From an uncultured Polynucleobacter sp. (GTDB taxonomy: Bacteria; Bdellovibrionota_B; Oligoflexia; Oligoflexales; RGVZ01), in contig CAYOEM010000002.1 of the NCBI GenBank assembly GCA_964402975.1, positions 156,729 through 220,728 of the forward strand: 64,000 nucleotides of DNA, given 5' to 3'. Made by a program: the position numbers and the translations under genes. Shown here piece after piece: positions 59,229-64,000 of the stretch (its first letter is position 1; each line of letters opens with the position of its first letter). The notes under the pieces were generated by a model, which was given only the letters and a program-made list of their open reading frames with translations, did no database searches and had not been told where the DNA came from.

Positions 59229-61079
59229 TTACTTCTGACAACTTTTTGGCCTCGGCCATCCCTCGGCATCTGCCACCGCAGGCACAAGCTGAAGAGTCCG
59301 ATCAAGCTTCGACAGAGGCACTTTCGAGAGCCTCGGCCCCGTCATGACTAGGCGGGTTCGCATCTGGGGAAGTCCATTGTAGTGGCCATGTTGACCGGCA
59401 GGAACGGGACGATCGGGCACGCCGTTATTCACGGTCTCCGGGTACTTCTCTTTTAGCTTCGCGGGAATATTGGCCCATGTAGCTTTTGCCAGTAAAAGCT
59501 TATCTTCTACCGAATTTTTAAAACCAATCCCGTCATTTGCAAACGCCATGATCCAAGGCATTTGCTGACCACCGAGACCTTCTGTGATGGCTTCTTTGCT
59601 ACCTCTCACTAAGACCTTGGCAAAAATTTTATTTTTGGTGACATCAAACTCCATTTTGCGAAGTCTATCTGCAATCTGTTCAAGATTCACATCAGCGGGA
59701 GGCGGCGTATCGAGACTCCCAGGAGGAGGATAGAGGTACAAAGATCCTCCAGATGTGGAAATGTAGCCTTTCGATGCCAGATCCTCACCGATAACCTTTC
59801 TTGCATTCAGTGAATACGCGATGGCTGACATGCCGTGATCTCCTACGACAAGAAAATCGGCAGAAGCTGGAATGGACTCAATTAATCGTCCAAGCTCTTG
59901 GTCAAATCCCGACAGGTAATCCACCACGATCTTTTCGTTGACGGCGTCTTTGTAGAATCCGTGAAGAAGACTGTCAAGATCCGGAAAGTAGATGAACATG
60001 GCATCTAGGTCGTCCCGTGAAAGCATCGTTCGGTTCACTTTAAAAATATCATCTTGCCTGTGCTTCATCGCGGCCAGGTATGACGGTACGTAAGTTTGCA
60101 TCTTGTAGTCTTTAAGGGATGAAAAGAAAATCTGTTCTTTGTCTATCCACTGTGCAAAGTCACTACCAAAGACTGGCATAACTTGTACCGGCGACACGCC
60201 GACCAAACTCTTATCTTTGATTGAAACGAGCATCAAAGAGACGCCAACGGTACGCTCGACACCTTTGATGGGCGACTTAAAAATAAAATCTTGCGGCGTT
60301 GCCACTTTTAATTCCGGAATGCTTCCCCATGGGCTTGTTCCGCTGACATTTCCGTTGGCATCGGACGTGAGCCTTAATGTGAATGATTTACTGTCGGTTG
60401 ACCTGGCTGGAACAATCACATCAACCGAGGAATTCTTAGCAATTGAAATCATCTGGGTCGACGAACCAGCTGTATCATAGGCAATACCGATGTCAGCCGA
60501 ACGACCGTCTCCATTGCCGTCGATCGACGGATAAAACGCAACACCAACACGTAGTCCATGCCTTCTAAGTCTAGCGACCCAGTTTTCTGGCTCATAAGGC
60601 TTACCAAACCCACTGACCGTTCCACTACCCGTCCAGGGCGAATTATCTAAAACTCCGTGCACACCGGCTGGCGAGCATGTGATGGTCGAAATATGTGATG
60701 GAGCGGTAATCGAAGGATTAATCACGCGAAAGTCACTTTTGCCGCGAGCCTTATTCATGAGCCAAACAAGGCCTTTGCGATGCGGTGCCTTTAGTTTTGA
60801 AACCCAAGGCTCTAGTGCTTTTGGCTGAAAACCATCAAGCGACATCCATACAAGTTTGAGCCTCGATGGCGCTACTGTCTTAAGAACAGGAGCCGCCGGG
60901 GTAACCCCGACTGCTGCAGATTTGGGTACCGGTGCAGGAGCTGGTGACTGTTCTGCTGCGACTGAACTTTTAACTGGTATTGCTTGCTGCGGGTCTTTGG
61001 CCCTCACTGGCTCCTTCGTACAAGACAGCGTCAGAACAACAGCACAGAGGGCGCTAAAAAAACGACGACGGCACACCAT
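59229..61079 (-). CDS. Lipoprotein of the alkaline-phosphatase superfamily (nucleotide pyrophosphatase/phosphodiesterase, NPP-type)
   Basis: AVVLTLSCTKEP is a lipobox, followed by an Ala/Pro-rich linker. Motifs VWMSLDGFQP (metal-binding Asp), PSITAPSHISTITC (Thr nucleophile region) and LVVGDHGM are present. Confidence 0.72.
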   Translation of the reverse strand: MVCRRRFFSALCAVVLTLSCTKEPVRAKDPQQAIPVKSSVAAEQSPAPAPVPKSAAVGVTPAAPVLKTVAPSRLKLVWMSLDGFQPKALEPWVSKLKAPHRKGLVWLMNKARGKSDFRVINPSITAPSHISTITCSPAGVHGVLDNSPWTGSGTVSGFGKPYEPENWVARLRRHGLRVGVAFYPSIDGNGDGRSADIGIAYDTAGSSTQMISIAKNSSVDVIVPARSTDSKSFTLRLTSDANGNVSGTSPWGSIPELKVATPQDFIFKSPIKGVERTVGVSLMLVSIKDKSLVGVSPVQVMPVFGSDFAQWIDKEQIFFSSLKDYKMQTYVPSYLAAMKHRQDDIFKVNRTMLSRDDLDAMFIYFPDLDSLLHGFYKDAVNEKIVVDYLSGFDQELGRLIESIPASADFLVVGDHGMSAIAYSLNARKVIGEDLASKGYISTSGGSLYLYPPPGSLDTPPPADVNLEQIADRLRKMEFDVTKNKIFAKVLVRGSKEAITEGLGGQQMPWIMAFANDGIGFKNSVEDKLLLAKATWANIPAKLKEKYPETVNNGVPDRPVPAGQHGHYNGLPQMRTRLVMTGPRLSKVPLSKLDRTLQLVPAVADAEGWPRPKSCQK

Positions 61080-61086
61080 AGTTACC

Positions 61087-61578
61087 TCACAAAATCTTTT
61101 CTAACTCTTTGCCAATCGCCTCCGGGCTGTCGGTAGGCGCAAAACGCTTTAGGACGTGACCATCCTTGCCTACCAAAAATTTAGTGAAGTTCCATTTAAC
61201 GGCCTCGGTTCCAAGAAGCCCAGGGACCTCCGACTTTAGATATTTATAGAGAGGAGCGGCCGTGGCACCGTTCACATCGACTTTTGCAAACAGGGGAAAC
61301 GATACTTGGTAATTGGTCTTGCAAAACGTCTCAATCTCCGACTCAGTTCCAGGTTCTTGAGCGCCGAACTGATTACACGGAAACGCAAGTATCTCAAAGT
61401 TTCGGTCCTTGAACTTGCGGTACAGCGCTTCAAGGCCAGAGTACTGCGGCGTAAACCCACATCGGCTCGCCACATTCACTATCAAAAGCGTTTTGCCTCT
61501 GTATGCTTCCAGCGAAACATCTTGACCATGAATATTTTTAACCTGAAATCCATAAACACTTGCTGATGACATGGGCAC
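61087..61578 (-). CDS. gpx: Glutathione peroxidase (Cys-type)
   Basis: Motifs LIVNVASRCGFTPQY, LAFPCNQFGAQEPG and KWNFTKFLV are present. 163 aa. Confidence 0.92.
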   Translation of the reverse strand: MPMSSASVYGFQVKNIHGQDVSLEAYRGKTLLIVNVASRCGFTPQYSGLEALYRKFKDRNFEILAFPCNQFGAQEPGTESEIETFCKTNYQVSFPLFAKVDVNGATAAPLYKYLKSEVPGLLGTEAVKWNFTKFLVGKDGHVLKRFAPTDSPEAIGKELEKIL

Positions 61579-61609
61579 AAATCCTCTCTGATCTATCGAT
61601 CCAAACTAA

Positions 61610-62230
61610 CTACGACAGCGTCCGGCCAAATGCCTCAAGCACACCTCTCACCACACTCTCTGCGGCAAGAGCTGCAAGCAATATACCCATAACCCGTGCG
61701 ATCACTTCGCCACCAGTCTTACCTAAAATACGGTGAAGACGACTGGTTGACAACAAAACACCCAAGGTTGCCACCATCACAACTGCAAGTGTGACACACT
61801 TAAGGACAAAGTTACTAACGTCAGGTGCTCCCCGCATCACAACCATGACCGCAAGAATGGCGCCAGGCCCCGCAATATACGGCAATGCGATCGGAAATAT
61901 TGCAAGGTCTCTTCCTGCATATTCTCCTGGAGAGTGATGCTCATCGGGGGCATGAGCTTGAAACACCATCTGAACGCCCACTAAGAAAAGAAGAATGCCG
62001 CCAGCAATCCGAAATGAAGCAAAGGACACACCAAGGGCTGTCAGTAGAACTTGTCCAAAAATCGCAAACGCAAACAGTACACAGGCGGCAATGGTCACAC
62101 CTCGAATGACCAATCGTCGTCGCACCGTTTCATCCATGCTGCGTGTCAGTGCCGCTAAAAGTGGCACTGTGCCGACTGGATCGATGGCGACAAAGAGTAA
62201 AATAAACTCATTTATAAATGCCTGGAGCAA
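61610..62230 (-). CDS. MarC-family (UPF0056) integral membrane protein
   Basis: 206 aa with 6 TM segments. The N-terminal FVAIDPVGTVPLL is the family motif. Confidence 0.72.
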   Translation of the reverse strand: MLQAFINEFILLFVAIDPVGTVPLLAALTRSMDETVRRRLVIRGVTIAACVLFAFAIFGQVLLTALGVSFASFRIAGGILLFLVGVQMVFQAHAPDEHHSPGEYAGRDLAIFPIALPYIAGPGAILAVMVVMRGAPDVSNFVLKCVTLAVVMVATLGVLLSTSRLHRILGKTGGEVIARVMGILLAALAAESVVRGVLEAFGRTLS

Positions 62231-62336
62231 TAAAGCTTCTCCCTTTAATGTTGCGCCCTTGCAACGCTATCATCTTTAGCGCATCATTCAACTACTTAAT
62301 CTCATGTTTGAAAACACCTCTCCGAGGCCTTTTTAG

Positions 62337-63377
62337 ATGACTGATATCGCCATTGAGGTTCGAAATCTCGAAAAGACTTACCTGACGTTTAAGAAGGACG
62401 CCGGATTTTCGGGTGCATTACGTAGTTTTTTTAAGCGCGAGACCATTCCGGTTCGGGCCGTAAAGCCTACATCCTTTGTCATAAAAAAAGGCGAGTTTGT
62501 TGGACTCTTGGGGCCCAATGGTGCCGGCAAAACGACCATGCTCAAAATGATGACCGGCCTTATCCCTCCGAGCCAAGGTCAGTGCCTTGCGTTTGATCAG
62601 TTTGACACGTCAACTCGCCCCAAAAAATATCTACGCCGCATCGGTATGGTGATGGGCCAGCGAAATCAACTCCATGCAGATCTTCCAGCCATCGACTCAT
62701 TTCGGCTCAGTCAAGCCATCTATGACATCACTGAGGAACGCTTTAAACATCGACTTCAAACCTGCCTTGACTTATTCGAAATCAAAGAGAAGCTTAACAT
62801 TCCCGTTCGCAAGTTATCCCTAGGCGAGCGCATGAAGATGGAGCTTATTCTGGCCATACTTCATGAGCCTGAGCTCTTGTTTCTTGATGAACCGACCATT
62901 GGCCTTGATTTCAACGCAGCCAGGCAAATTCGTGAATTTCTTGCCGAAGCCAATCAAAAATTCGGCATCACGACAATTCTCACGTCCCACTACACAAAAG
63001 ACATTGAAGAACTATGCCGCCGCGTCATTTTAGTGAATCATGGCACGATGATCTATGATGGACCACTACACGGCCTGGACGAACGCATTCAAGGAGAGCG
63101 TCTTTTTACCCTCAGTTTAGCAGGCGATACAGAATACAAAACCGTCCTCGACTGGGTGAACGGTAACCCTGACCTAAACCAAATGGAAAGTGAGTCTCCA
63201 GATCCCCTCACCGTCACCTTCTCGGCCACCGTTCGCCACGCGCCGGAAATCACCAGAAGGATCGTGGAATTAATACCTTCAAGTGGCTTGCGCGACATGA
63301 TCATCAGCGAGAGAAGCCTTGAGGACGTTTTTTCTGAAATTTACCGTCGTAGTCCGGACTCAGCAAGAAACCCGTAA
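62337..63377 (+). CDS. ABC transporter ATP-binding protein (ABC-2 type, COG4586-like)
   Basis: Walker A GLLGPNGAGKTT, signature LSLGERMKMELI and Walker B LLFLDEPTIGLD are present, plus a ~100-aa C-terminal accessory domain. Confidence 0.9.
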   Translation: MTDIAIEVRNLEKTYLTFKKDAGFSGALRSFFKRETIPVRAVKPTSFVIKKGEFVGLLGPNGAGKTTMLKMMTGLIPPSQGQCLAFDQFDTSTRPKKYLRRIGMVMGQRNQLHADLPAIDSFRLSQAIYDITEERFKHRLQTCLDLFEIKEKLNIPVRKLSLGERMKMELILAILHEPELLFLDEPTIGLDFNAARQIREFLAEANQKFGITTILTSHYTKDIEELCRRVILVNHGTMIYDGPLHGLDERIQGERLFTLSLAGDTEYKTVLDWVNGNPDLNQMESESPDPLTVTFSATVRHAPEITRRIVELIPSSGLRDMIISERSLEDVFSEIYRRSPDSARNP

Positions 63378-63380
63378 GTT

Positions 63381-64000
63381 ATGAATACAGAAACACCGAC
63401 TATAAAAACTGAAAATAACCTCAAGATACTGATCCATGCCTCCAGTGTTTACTTCGGCCAGTGTCTTCAGACGGTGCTTCTCTACCGAAGTGCCCTAGCT
63501 ATTTTCGTCATATCTGAAGCATTTGCCTACGCCGGTTTTATCACATTTTGGTACAAGGCCGCCCAGTCAAACCCAGATCAAAAGATATACACACCCATGG
63601 GGCTTGTGCTTTATTTTGCTTTAGCAATGTTTCATCACAGCATTCAACATCACGCAGCATCCCGTGACCTTGGCAGCGACATTCGACTAGGAAAGCTATC
63701 CTACGCCATCATCCGGCCTTATCCATTCATGCTTCAAGCGGTGCTTAGAAGTGTGGCGTGCACCCTCGCCTATATTATTCTTTTGTCACCTCTGCTGATT
63801 GGCGCACTTATTTTGCTGCCGAGCTTACAGCAGGAGCTCATGTCCCATCTATCTAGCACATCTCTGACACACTATGCCGTCGCGCTCGCCCTAGGCCTTG
63901 CGTGCGGATGGCTCGTAAGGCTTGTTGTCGGCATGCTGGCCTTTGACATGGCGCAAATTTGGGGGCCAGATACTTTTTTTATTGCTCTCTACTATGCGGC
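63381..64000 (+). CDS. ABC-2 family transporter permease, 5' part (runs off the right edge)
   Basis: The ATG is 3 nt after the ATPase stop, and the frame stays open to the window end. It translates MNTETPTIKTENNLKILIHASSVYFGQCLQTVLLYRS...DIRLGKLSYAIIRPYPFML..., with multiple TM segments and the D-I-R-x-G-x-L-S...R-P motif of ABC-2 (COG4587-type) permeases. It is not in the ORF track because it is truncated. Confidence 0.6.
   Translation, partial: MNTETPTIKTENNLKILIHASSVYFGQCLQTVLLYRSALAIFVISEAFAYAGFITFWYKAAQSNPDQKIYTPMGLVLYFALAMFHHSIQHHAASRDLGSDIRLGKLSYAIIRPYPFMLQAVLRSVACTLAYIILLSPLLIGALILLPSLQQELMSHLSSTSLTHYAVALALGLACGWLVRLVVGMLAFDMAQIWGPDTFFIALYYA

Overview
This is a 64-kb chromosomal segment from a diderm (Gram-negative) bacterium, about 50% GC by eye. 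I cannot assign a taxon from sequence alone; the lipoprotein-rich gene content fits a Bdellovibrio/Oligoflexia-like or other delta-type proteobacterium (low confidence). I saw no rRNA, tRNA, CRISPR array, prophage or integrase.

**Housekeeping genes that are clear from motifs:** pgi, a fabG4-like two-domain reductase next to a MaoC dehydratase, typA/bipA, an SCO1/SenC copper chaperone, an FKBP isomerase, fabH, ppk1, glutathione peroxidase, a MarC-family protein, and an ABC-2 transporter pair cut by the right edge. They sit among an unusually dense set of signal-peptide and lipobox proteins with no recognisable family.

**Three things stand out:**
1. One uninterrupted 22,725-nt minus-strand ORF (17441..40165, 35% of the window) encodes a 7,574-aa lipobox protein. 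It is built from Ig-like modules and includes four diverged ~2.8-kb tandem super-repeats. There is a G9 homopolymer in its coding strand.
2. A RAYT (REP-associated tyrosine transposase) gene is flanked by perfect 30-bp inverted repeats. These repeats supply the last codons and stop codons of both neighbouring genes. A third solitary copy lies 34 kb away.
3. An eight-gene, translationally coupled minus-strand cluster (47888..59157) embeds a CzcCBA-type heavy-metal RND pump among five secreted proteins of unknown function. Three of these share a repeated '(Y/F)-(L/F)-G-D-(Y/F)-(N/D)-S-x-E' domain.

Coordinates of internal protein zones are hand-derived from motif positions and may be off by a few codons.
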